The notes beneath the pieces are model-generated. The model saw only the letters and a list, made by a program, of their open reading frames with translations, was not told the DNA's origin and searched no databases. Both the position numbers and the translations under genes were made by a program. Of a DNA stretch of 64,000 nt, positions 36,156 to 44,372 are shown one piece after another. Source of the DNA: a virus; the IMG/VR virus record IMGVR_UViG_3300047471_000729, positions 28,967 to 92,966 of that record; one strand, 5' to 3'. The number at the start of each line of letters is the position of its first letter. The stretch's first letter is position 1.

Positions 36156-36470
36156 TTAGTGGATCGTATTGAGATCGACACCCTTACGATCAAGCCAACC
36201 AACAATATCTTGGCAAGCTCTGAGTGCACGATCAAGTGTCTTGAGGCTGTACACTTCACCGTTGCTCTTCCTGATCTCCTCTTGAAGATCCCCGAGATTG
36301 ATGTCGCGATTTAGTAGATAGTGCGGCATAATCTTGGCATAGCGACCATCGGGTTCCTTGGGCAGCTTCGGTTCTGGTTCCTTAACCAGTCCGAGACGCT
36401 GTTCAAGGATTTTAAGACGTGACTCAATCGATACCATCATGAGGAGGTCTTTTTCGTCTTTTTTGAGCAT
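36156..36470 (-). CDS. Hypothetical protein
   Basis: MLKKDEK...; driven by the palindrome promoter at 36566-36593. Confidence 0.55.
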   Translation of the reverse strand: MLKKDEKDLLMMVSIESRLKILEQRLGLVKEPEPKLPKEPDGRYAKIMPHYLLNRDINLGDLQEEIRKSNGEVYSLKTLDRALRACQDIVGWLDRKGVDLNTIH

Positions 36471-36565
36471 AGCATTTCCATAGGTTTGGGTGATCCAATG
36501 AGCGGAAAATTCCCGCCCGGCTGGGTTAAGTGTCGTATGTGAATTCCCATCCTCATGATAAGGTA

Positions 36566-36666
36566 CATATAAGCATTTTGCGGCACATTGCAATAGCTGG
36601 TGTGGTAAAAAAATTGCTCAAAGTAGCAATTTTGTGCTTGTCATGCGCGACAGCATCAGCTATTAT
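36566..36666. promoter_or_regulatory. Divergent promoter region with two TTGC-N8-GCAA sites
   Basis: Sites at 36578-36593 and 36614-36629; rightward TTGTCA-N17-TATTAT at 36638-36666. Confidence 0.75.
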
Positions 36667-36710
36667 CCGCTGTGTTCGCAAATTCGCAACACAGGATAGA
36701 GGAGCAAAAA

Positions 36711-37232
36711 GTGGTAACCAGAGCGCAATTGGTTGACGCGGCCAACGAGCTCAACACGGTTCTTTCGCTCGATCCAAAGATTGATCTGAAGATGGCCGTC
36801 ATTGAGCTTACAGCCAGCGTCCATGAGGCAGGTGAACTGCTGCGACCGGGAGACGATGTCTCTCCGGAAACACAGGCCATCGTTGATGCGTTGAAAGCCG
36901 GTACCGAACCGGCCGAGGCGGAACAGGAGCCCGAGCCCGAGGTCGAAGAGGAGGGTGAGGTTGTCACCAAGCCTCGTCGTACTCGTGGTGACACGGCCGC
37001 ACCCGCAACTACGCCAACTCGGCGTGGTGGTGGGTTCCGCTATGAAGGCAGTGGTGCTCAGAAGATGGACCTGGCGCTGATGCGCGGTGGGCCCATTAGC
37101 GATCTGGCCGAAGAGGCTGGTGTCAAGAAGGGAATGCTGCGCGCCCATGCAAAGTTTCGGGCGAAGAGCGGCAAGTGGTCGATGAGCGAGGATGGTGAAT
37201 ACATCCAGTTGACCAAGCTCGACGCTGCATAG
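36711..37232 (+). CDS. Acidic hypothetical protein with C-terminal HTH-like segment
   Basis: GAGGAG RBS + GTG; own promoter and terminator; host-like GC-rich codons. Confidence 0.65.
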   Translation: MVTRAQLVDAANELNTVLSLDPKIDLKMAVIELTASVHEAGELLRPGDDVSPETQAIVDALKAGTEPAEAEQEPEPEVEEEGEVVTKPRRTRGDTAAPATTPTRRGGGFRYEGSGAQKMDLALMRGGPISDLAEEAGVKKGMLRAHAKFRAKSGKWSMSEDGEYIQLTKLDAA

Positions 37233-37250
37233 CCCAATGTTGCTGAAATA

Positions 37251-37286
37251 GGGTGGGCGAAAATTTATTTTTCGCCTGCCCTTTTT
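37251..37286 (+). terminator. Intrinsic terminator
   Basis: GGGTGGGCGAAAA...TTTTCGCCTGCCC-TTTTT. Confidence 0.8.
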
Positions 37287-37338
37287 CATGTGTTCGAATT
37301 CGCGTATAATAATTTGATGCCTATTTTTGGGGGAAGCA

Positions 37339-37908
37339 ATGGTTGATTGGTTAAAGGTCAGACAAGGAGTCATTGATATTCTGGATGGTTTGGGATTGGA
37401 TGCTAGAGATCCAAACTTTTTCGATACACCGGATCGGGTTGTGCGGGCTTATCAAGAGATCTTTGCAGGTCTAGATGAACGGAATACCGTTGAAGAGATG
37501 CTTAAAAGTGTGTTCCCCTGTGAACACCAACAGATGATTTTAGTTAAACATGTTGAAGTGTTTAGTATGTGTCCTCATCATCTTCTTCCAGTCCGTTATG
37601 ATATTACGGCTGGGTACTTACCTGGTCCGGGGATTCGAGCAAAGGTCTTGGGCCTGTCAAAATTGGCTAGGATCACAAAGCTTCTAGCTGCCCGACCTGT
37701 TCTTCAGGAGCAAGTGGTTAACGATATCGCCAATACTCTAATGCGTATACCTGAATGTCGTGGGGCTGGCTGCATTGCTACTGGTGAACACTATTGTATG
37801 CGTATGCGTGGAGTCAATCAGAGTGGCTCAATTGTTGTTACCAGCGCCTTGCGTGGTGAGTTCTTATCTGATTCAATGGTCCGTGAAGAATTCATGGACT
37901 TTAGATAG
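37339..37908 (+). CDS. folE: GTP cyclohydrolase I
   Basis: DTPDRVVRAY, SMCPHHLLP, GLSKLAR, LQEQ, HYCMRMRGV. Confidence 0.95.
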   Translation: MVDWLKVRQGVIDILDGLGLDARDPNFFDTPDRVVRAYQEIFAGLDERNTVEEMLKSVFPCEHQQMILVKHVEVFSMCPHHLLPVRYDITAGYLPGPGIRAKVLGLSKLARITKLLAARPVLQEQVVNDIANTLMRIPECRGAGCIATGEHYCMRMRGVNQSGSIVVTSALRGEFLSDSMVREEFMDFR

Positions 37909-37917
37909 GAGAAGTAG

Positions 37918-38577
37918 ATGGGTATCGCTGTTGTTACTGGAGCATCTTCTGGTATTGGTAAGGCAATCTATGATCACTTTAATACAAGCGACCGGTTTGA
38001 TAGTGTTGTTGGTATAGCTAAGAACGGTCCGGATCTTGAATATGACTTGTCGAGTGAGAAGGATATTCAAGAGATTGTGGATGACCTGCGCACCGCAGGT
38101 GACATTTCTTGTCTTGTAAATTGTGCGGGAATTTTGAAGCTTGAAGAGGTTGGAAATGAAGGTCAGATATTTGACGTTAACTTTTGGGCGCCATACTACC
38201 TGACTAATGCACTAAAGCATGAGTTGATTGCTGCACGTGGTTGTGTTATCAATATTGCCTCAGTTAGTGGGATGATTGCCGAGCCTGAGATTCCGATCTA
38301 TGCCGCATCTAAGGCCGCGCTGATTTCACTGACCAAGAGTCTCGCTATTAGGTTCTCACCCTTTTTTGTTAGGGTGAATTGCATTAGTCCTGGATTTGTT
38401 AAGACGAATCTGATTCCGGGTGATACACCAATTGAACTTCTCAACGCAATCCCCTTAGGGTTTGAAGCAGAACCCGCAATGCTCCTTCCAGTCGTCGATA
38501 TGATACTTGATTGTCCTTACGTTACTGGTGCAAACTTTGTAGTTGACGGCGGGGGTTCTTGTAGAGCTGCAATGTAA
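37918..38577 (+). CDS. Short-chain dehydrogenase/reductase
   Basis: TGASSGIG, LVNCAG, NIAS, YAASK, VNCISPG, VVDGG. Confidence 0.93.
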   Translation: MGIAVVTGASSGIGKAIYDHFNTSDRFDSVVGIAKNGPDLEYDLSSEKDIQEIVDDLRTAGDISCLVNCAGILKLEEVGNEGQIFDVNFWAPYYLTNALKHELIAARGCVINIASVSGMIAEPEIPIYAASKAALISLTKSLAIRFSPFFVRVNCISPGFVKTNLIPGDTPIELLNAIPLGFEAEPAMLLPVVDMILDCPYVTGANFVVDGGGSCRAAM

Positions 38578-38610
38578 TGTGAGACACGGTGCCACGTAAG
38601 GGAAGGTAAG

Positions 38611-39681
38611 ATGTCTGAATTACACACACCACGGTACTCCTGCATATTCCAGTCGAGAATGTGCCCACGTTCTTGTTCCTATTGTCTGAGCAAAGACGTT
38701 AGAGGAGATGGGACTTTTCTGTCACCGGAGCAATGGGCAGATGGATTACACATTCTGGAGTATCATGGTGTCCAGTTCCACTTGTTTATCGGTAATGAAC
38801 TGTTTTCCTATTCCGATCCTGTTGGCTTTGTCAAGGCAATCAAACCCTTCTATGGGAGGTATGGTATCTATTCGACATTCCCACCAGGATGGACTGAAAA
38901 ATATTTTGATGACTGTATTAACGCTGGTCTGTATAACATCTCTGGTGGTGTGGACGTCCTTCCCGGGTTACATAAGACAGGTGACGTCCACATTGATCGC
39001 AAGGCTCAAGCGGTGCTTAGTTGGTTGGAGTATGCGCTGATGCGCGGTGTACCGGACGTGCAAGCGCAAATTACTATTCATCGACACAATTACGATAAGC
39101 TCTATCCATTGCTTGACTTGTGTACAGAAAAGGGGATGTGGGTTGGGTGTTCTCTAGTAGAAGCATCTGCGGATGGACTACACGATTTTTACGGTACTGC
39201 TGATACAATGACTGAATGGTTAATACCAGCAGATGAACGTAACAAGTTTAGCGATGAGATGTACAAGTTAGCGGATGAGGTTGCCACCGGCAGGTGGAAG
39301 ATGCAGTTACCACCAACATACTTTCGTGAACTAGCAGATCGTGAAGTGAGGCGTGATCCTTGGCATTGCAGTTTGCCTATGCTGATCTCAATTGAAGAGG
39401 ATGGTTCTCTGCGCGGGTGCGGGTATAGGGGACCACTATCAGAAAAATATTCGATATTCGACCTTCGTGAGGGCGGAAAGTTGCCCATGTCTGAGTATAT
39501 AAGGTTGCAGAGGGAAAAGACCAGTCAGTGCCCTGGTTGTGGAGTTGGTGGCGGGGCTTGGTCGTTCTGGTGGATGGCTGAGTATTGGTTAAAGGGTGAT
39601 GTGGCAATGGGAGACAGAATCTTCCAGACACATGCACCGGGGCATCTCTTTGAAGCGACGGTGAGACAGGATGAGCAATAA
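38611..39681 (+). CDS. Radical SAM protein with SPASM/twitch-like C-terminus
   Basis: CPRSCSYC (CxxxCxxC); WHC...IEEDGSLRGC...CPGC. Confidence 0.85.
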   Translation: MSELHTPRYSCIFQSRMCPRSCSYCLSKDVRGDGTFLSPEQWADGLHILEYHGVQFHLFIGNELFSYSDPVGFVKAIKPFYGRYGIYSTFPPGWTEKYFDDCINAGLYNISGGVDVLPGLHKTGDVHIDRKAQAVLSWLEYALMRGVPDVQAQITIHRHNYDKLYPLLDLCTEKGMWVGCSLVEASADGLHDFYGTADTMTEWLIPADERNKFSDEMYKLADEVATGRWKMQLPPTYFRELADREVRRDPWHCSLPMLISIEEDGSLRGCGYRGPLSEKYSIFDLREGGKLPMSEYIRLQREKTSQCPGCGVGGGAWSFWWMAEYWLKGDVAMGDRIFQTHAPGHLFEATVRQDEQ

Positions 39682-39928
39682 GCCAACAGTTGCTGAAGTG
39701 ATGATAAAATTTCTTGTTGAAGAAAAGATTGCCAATCCTCATTCGACATCTAAGAATGCCTCGGATGAAGAAGCGATAGCAATTTACGATAATTGTGTGG
39801 CATTTGTTGAGCGTTATTACCCTGATGTTACTACAGAAGAACTCCGCAAGGCTTTTCGTAAAGTACACAAGACTCCAGCGTCGAAGATGTGGGCTATAGC
39901 GAATAAGTACAAGGGTGGTACTGCATGA
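39671..39928 (+). CDS. Hypothetical protein
   Basis: Overlapping ORF in the modification operon. Confidence 0.6.
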   Translation: MSNKPTVAEVMIKFLVEEKIANPHSTSKNASDEEAIAIYDNCVAFVERYYPDVTTEELRKAFRKVHKTPASKMWAIANKYKGGTA

Positions 39929-40602
39929 AGTCCTATTCAAAGAAGACAATCAAGCGATTTAACCTAACCATTGAAGGTGATGAATTTAATGATGCTGAAC
40001 AGAATAAATCACTCTATGATGATCACGTGAGTGGATATGATGAGTTGACTAAGTTGTTAGACATCAATGATACAACCTATGTCTATCGTAAGGTACTCAA
40101 TGTTGGTGCAGGTTCGGGTTCTCCGTTAAAGTTTCCCCATCCAGTTGATATGTACTATCTTGAGCCCAATCCAGATCGGGTTGAAGAGATTGATGTCGAT
40201 CGTGATGATAACATAATCTCTGGTTGGTGTGAGAACATCGAGACTGAACTAAAGTTTGATATGATTATCTGTTGGGGAACATTGTGCTTTGTACGTTCTA
40301 TACCAGAAACCCTAATTCAGTTTAATGATCGTTTGTTTAAAGAAGGTATGTTGGTACTAGATGTAGTTAAATCAACATCATTCCCACTATGCCAGACTGC
40401 TGATCCTGATAGTTTTATTAGAAATGTGAGTTTGTATGGGTTTGAATTACAACATCGTATCCCCTTTGATCATTTGGGACACAATCGTGAGGGGATTCGC
40501 TTTAAGAAGGTTCGCGACTTTGACCCTAGGTATCTGCGGATGCCTCAGGCTAAGGATGGCTTGAGGAACTTCATCCCTGAGAGAGACTGGTTTCTATCTT
40601 AG
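39925..40602 (+). CDS. Class I SAM-dependent methyltransferase
   Basis: VLNVGAGSG (motif I), LEP, FDMIICWGTL, L..EGMLVL. Confidence 0.8.
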   Translation: MKSYSKKTIKRFNLTIEGDEFNDAEQNKSLYDDHVSGYDELTKLLDINDTTYVYRKVLNVGAGSGSPLKFPHPVDMYYLEPNPDRVEEIDVDRDDNIISGWCENIETELKFDMIICWGTLCFVRSIPETLIQFNDRLFKEGMLVLDVVKSTSFPLCQTADPDSFIRNVSLYGFELQHRIPFDHLGHNREGIRFKKVRDFDPRYLRMPQAKDGLRNFIPERDWFLS

Positions 40603-40612
40603 AGGAGATAAC

Positions 40613-41167
40613 ATGACACCTGGTCTAGTCGTTCTTACCAGCGGTGGTTTTGATAGTGCATTATTGTTACACATGGCAAAGCGGATGAACTATAATCCAA
40701 TCGCCCTATTGATTGATTATGGTCAGAAACACGTTCGGGAATTGGATGCTGCTGTTAAGTTGTGCGATGATCTCCAGGTTTCCTTTAAGCGGATGAAGGT
40801 TGATCTTGCTCAAGCAGTTGACTCTGGGTTGACTGGTACTTTGCAGGGTGGTAAGTATGAGGGACTGCATGAGATGCACGTCCCTGGACGCAACACTATC
40901 TTTGTTGGTCTAGCTCTGTCACTGGCAGAAGCTGTCGGTGCAACAAAGATTTGGTATGGAGCGAATTTTGAGGACCGGATAAATGAGTTTGCGGACTGCA
41001 AACAAGACTGGGTCCTCGAGATGAACAAGTCTCTAAAGATCGCGGGAAGCTACCCAGTGGAGTTGGAAGCCCCTTTGCTTGGGATGCGCAAGGACACTAT
41101 TGTGCGCATGGGTAAGCTGTACCACGATATTAAGGAAGAGGAGGTTCACAGTGGGTATGCCGTCTAA
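40613..41167 (+). CDS. queC: QueC-like 7-cyano-7-deazaguanine synthase, lacking the C-terminal Zn site
   Basis: SGGFDS PP-loop, DYGQKH..EL, VPGRN, FADC, APLL...K; ends HSGYAV* where QueC has SCY...CxxCxxC. Confidence 0.85.
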   Translation: MTPGLVVLTSGGFDSALLLHMAKRMNYNPIALLIDYGQKHVRELDAAVKLCDDLQVSFKRMKVDLAQAVDSGLTGTLQGGKYEGLHEMHVPGRNTIFVGLALSLAEAVGATKIWYGANFEDRINEFADCKQDWVLEMNKSLKIAGSYPVELEAPLLGMRKDTIVRMGKLYHDIKEEEVHSGYAV

Positions 41168-41978
41168 TAATGATAAGAAGATTCTTCACTGGAGATCCAC
41201 GGCAAACGGAGGTGATCCTTCTTCTCCTACACAACCGGATTTGCCTGATGGGTTTATCACTATAAGGGAGGCTGTTAGTCTTACAGGTTTTTCTAAAACA
41301 ACTATTCGTAAAACAAAAGTGACCCATCGACAAGAATGGCGTAGGATAGATGGGAGGGTATTTGTACGCAAAGACTTTATCTTGGAATATTGTGCGGTTA
41401 GAGCTAGGCTTAGGGCTAGACCTGAACCCAGGAGGCGGAAAAAGAAGTACCCTAATCGTGTACCTGCTCGTTTTTTACTGCCTCTTAAACCAGGTGAATG
41501 GTTTATTAGGACTGAAGTTGAGAGGAGAAAGGGAACAGAAGGTGTATACCTTCACTTTGTCTCTGGTGATGATCTTTCCGATCTGAATATCTACTCGTTT
41601 GATTGTATGTATAACGCGCTTAAAGCTGGTGGGTATTCTGAACTTAAAGGTTTACCAGAATGGACTGCAGTGACGGTTCCTAAGAATCGTAATATTCCGC
41701 AGTTAGAATTTGAACACAAGTATACAAAGAGGGAACAGGGTTTAGGTCATGTATGCCGAATTGGTACAACGGATGGTGCAGCTATTCCTTCCTGGATGAA
41801 GGCTCCTGGTTTGATGAAAGGTAAAATGGAGAGGGAATCGTTTGTAGGAAAGACTATTCTGCGAATTACGGCTACTCAAATGATCGAGATGGAGGGTTTT
41901 ACACCTGGAGAGTTTGTGGACGAACGTATAAAAGAAGAAGGAAAAGCTTACTGGGGTCCTCTTTGGGATTTAACTTGA
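41157..41978 (+). CDS. Hypothetical protein with N-terminal HTH
   Basis: ITIREAVSLTGFSKTTIR, excisionase/MerR-like HTH. Confidence 0.55.
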   Translation: MPSNNDKKILHWRSTANGGDPSSPTQPDLPDGFITIREAVSLTGFSKTTIRKTKVTHRQEWRRIDGRVFVRKDFILEYCAVRARLRARPEPRRRKKKYPNRVPARFLLPLKPGEWFIRTEVERRKGTEGVYLHFVSGDDLSDLNIYSFDCMYNALKAGGYSELKGLPEWTAVTVPKNRNIPQLEFEHKYTKREQGLGHVCRIGTTDGAAIPSWMKAPGLMKGKMERESFVGKTILRITATQMIEMEGFTPGEFVDERIKEEGKAYWGPLWDLT

Positions 41979-41982
41979 GGGA

Positions 41983-42369
41983 ATGAAAATGGAAGAGCAG
42001 ATCGCACACACTATGCTGATGAATAAGCACTATAGCCCGATGGTTGTCAGGAAGACCTCAACATGGGGCTTCCCAGTGTTTGTTGCTTTGATCACCGATG
42101 ACGACTTGGCGGATCTGGATCAGGTTATTCTAAAGTTTATGCTGGATGCAAAGGCAGTCAACGGGTGGTCAGATAATATTCAAAAGATGCGCAACCTGGC
42201 GGGAGCAATGGTTGAGATGCTCAATAATAGGTATCCGAAGGTTGAAGGATCAGCTGTGATAATTTATTCAGACAAATGCTTCATCTCTAGTTTGCATGGC
42301 GATCTGATGACACATCTTAGTTGTAAAGTTGAACTTTTCGAGCTTCTCAATATGAGTACTGGAGTTTAG
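41983..42369 (+). CDS. Hypothetical protein
   Basis: GAGGG RBS; in operon. Confidence 0.6.
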   Translation: MKMEEQIAHTMLMNKHYSPMVVRKTSTWGFPVFVALITDDDLADLDQVILKFMLDAKAVNGWSDNIQKMRNLAGAMVEMLNNRYPKVEGSAVIIYSDKCFISSLHGDLMTHLSCKVELFELLNMSTGV

Positions 42370-42371
42370 TT

Positions 42372-42521
42372 ATGTCTCGTCCACGTGGGTATAAACATAC
42401 TGAGGCTACCCGAAAGAAGCTTAGTGAAGGAACTAAATTACGTTATGAGGCTGGGATATTGATGGGGTTTCGTGCTAAACCGTTGTCTGAGGAGGCACAC
42501 GTTATGCTCAATTCCGTGTGA
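42372..42521 (+). CDS. NUMOD3-motif small protein (49 aa, not in the ORF track)
   Basis: GGAG RBS; GYKHTEATRKKLSE. Confidence 0.55.
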   Translation: MSRPRGYKHTEATRKKLSEGTKLRYEAGILMGFRAKPLSEEAHVMLNSV

Positions 42522-42970
42522 CAAAAGATGAGAAGTCATCTAAGGAATTAGCCATCTATGTCAACCATGCAGTGGATGGACACGTTTGCGCTGACTGTTC
42601 TATGTTTGATCCACCTGCCTCTTGCAATGCAGTGGCTGGTCCAATTAGTCCAGCGGGTCATTGCAGTTTCTGGACGGCCAAAGAAAACAATCTAAGAATA
42701 AGCAGTTTCCAAGGCTTACCCGTATTTATTGAGACATCTAAAGGTGAAAGACGTAGACAAGATTGGCCTATTATGCCAGCACACTATGGATTTATTACTA
42801 TGACTAACTCACCAGAAAAGAATGATGGATTAGACGTCTTTATTGGAGACAATAAAGCCTGTCGTCACTGTTGGATTATTGACCAAATCCATCCAGATAC
42901 AGAGGAGTTTGTCAATGACTTCCGAGATTCGTGGTCTTGTAACTTGCGAAATTCAAGAGATGCTCCATGA
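42518..42970 (+). CDS. HiPIP-like 4-Cys domain fused to a partial phage inorganic-pyrophosphatase-like domain
   Basis: CADCSMF....SCNAVAGPISPAGHCSFW, then GLPVFIE.SKG..R...MPAHYGFI...DGLDVFIG...IIDQ. Confidence 0.6.
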   Translation: MTKDEKSSKELAIYVNHAVDGHVCADCSMFDPPASCNAVAGPISPAGHCSFWTAKENNLRISSFQGLPVFIETSKGERRRQDWPIMPAHYGFITMTNSPEKNDGLDVFIGDNKACRHCWIIDQIHPDTEEFVNDFRDSWSCNLRNSRDAP

Positions 42971-43428
42971 CGATAGCGATATGGGCTCCCCATGCAGATG
43001 ACGAGATAATTGGTTGCTACCATGTACTTATGTCTAAAGAAAAGGTACAAGTATACTATGGGGGGATTGTTGAAGATGGCTGCAAGAGAGCCTCTAGACT
43101 ATTCGGTTTCGAATTTTACCATCTCAGCAATCTCGCTCGTCCTTGGGATGTCGTCTATGCTCCTGATCCTAATGTGGATATGCATCCGGAGCATCGCCGA
43201 TTAGGCCAGATGGCCCATCAAATGTTTAGGGCGGGCAAGATAAGGCGAGTAATTCACTATTGTACAACGATGCAGGCGCCGTATATATTTGAAGTACCAG
43301 ATCCCGAGGCAAAGCGGAATGCGTTGAATCAATGCTATCCTGAAAAGGGAGATTTATGGCGATACGAATGGAAATATGTATTATTTGAAGGATACTGGGA
43401 GGTATTAAGATTGGATCATAGAAAATGA
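42967..43428 (+). CDS. PIG-L/LmbE-family deacetylase
   Basis: APHADDEIIG and HPEHR metal motifs. Confidence 0.85.
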   Translation: MTIAIWAPHADDEIIGCYHVLMSKEKVQVYYGGIVEDGCKRASRLFGFEFYHLSNLARPWDVVYAPDPNVDMHPEHRRLGQMAHQMFRAGKIRRVIHYCTTMQAPYIFEVPDPEAKRNALNQCYPEKGDLWRYEWKYVLFEGYWEVLRLDHRK

Positions 43429-44372
43429 GACTGATAGTTGTACCCCAATATCCTGCGCAGCTACGATATCAATCCTGGTGGTTGACACGACTTGAAGATT
43501 ACTATCTGTACTTTGATAAGGTACTTATCCTCCACCCACCGCAGTTTACCAATCAAGCTCATTTAAGTGGTGAATTTGCCCCGGCAATGGCGGCAATTGA
43601 TTATGAGGTTAGACAGATCAGTTTGTATAATCAGTTAGTAATTGATGAAGAGGATGATATATTACTTCTTTGTGATATTAGCTTTCCTGGACTATTCTCA
43701 TCTGTTTTATTTCATAAGCGTCCTAAGAAATGCTTTGCCATTTGCCACGCAACATCGCTTAATAGGTATGATTACTTTGCTGCGGTGCGTCCCGGGAAGT
43801 GGAGAGTGGAAACAGGGACTAGCAAGATATTTGATAAGATTTTTGTGGCAAGTGAGTATCATAAGGAGCGGTTAGGCTGGAAGAACACGGTGGTGATCAA
43901 GTTTCCGTTACCAAAGATTGATGAATTAGTGGAAAAGCGGTTGAGTAAGGAGCAACAACATCACCATAGTAGATCGTTTATTAGTGTGGCCCGGAAAGGG
44001 GTGCAAAAGATTGATTTAGAATTGGAGAGGTTTTTTGAATGGAGTGAGAGGACTAGTATACACAGGTTTTATCAAACTAAAGGTAAGACTTGGACTGATT
44101 ACTATGGATTTGTTGAGGCTGGGCGGTTTATGATTATTACTTCCCGCGAAGAGACTTATGGCTATCAAGTCATAGACGCGTTATCAGTAGGCACTATTCC
44201 ACTTGCTCCAAGAGCATTGTCCTACCCTGAATTGTTACCAGATGAAAATTTATACGAACCCGGAAGGGCTACTGATCTGATAGATACGTATAAAAGGTAT
44301 GGAGATAAGCCCGCGCCTCCTTTGTGGGAAGACAAGTTCTTTGAGTTCACAGCAACTGAGATGAAAAGATGA
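43425..44372 (+). CDS. GT-B (GT4-like) glycosyltransferase
   Basis: IFVASEYHK; ITSREETYGYQVIDAL..GTIPLAP..LSYPELL, the ExF/YG...(E/D)A donor-binding motif. Confidence 0.75.
   Translation: MRLIVVPQYPAQLRYQSWWLTRLEDYYLYFDKVLILHPPQFTNQAHLSGEFAPAMAAIDYEVRQISLYNQLVIDEEDDILLLCDISFPGLFSSVLFHKRPKKCFAICHATSLNRYDYFAAVRPGKWRVETGTSKIFDKIFVASEYHKERLGWKNTVVIKFPLPKIDELVEKRLSKEQQHHHSRSFISVARKGVQKIDLELERFFEWSERTSIHRFYQTKGKTWTDYYGFVEAGRFMIITSREETYGYQVIDALSVGTIPLAPRALSYPELLPDENLYEPGRATDLIDTYKRYGDKPAPPLWEDKFFEFTATEMKR

Noticed and set aside
36663-37373. Long antisense ORFs (e.g. 36663..37373, 29558..30214, 46728..47369, 39377..39949)
   Set aside because: Shadows of well-supported genes on the opposite strand; no RBS or family motifs.
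42372-42521. Active homing endonuclease
   Set aside because: Only a NUMOD3 motif in 49 aa; no HNH or GIY-YIG catalytic domain.
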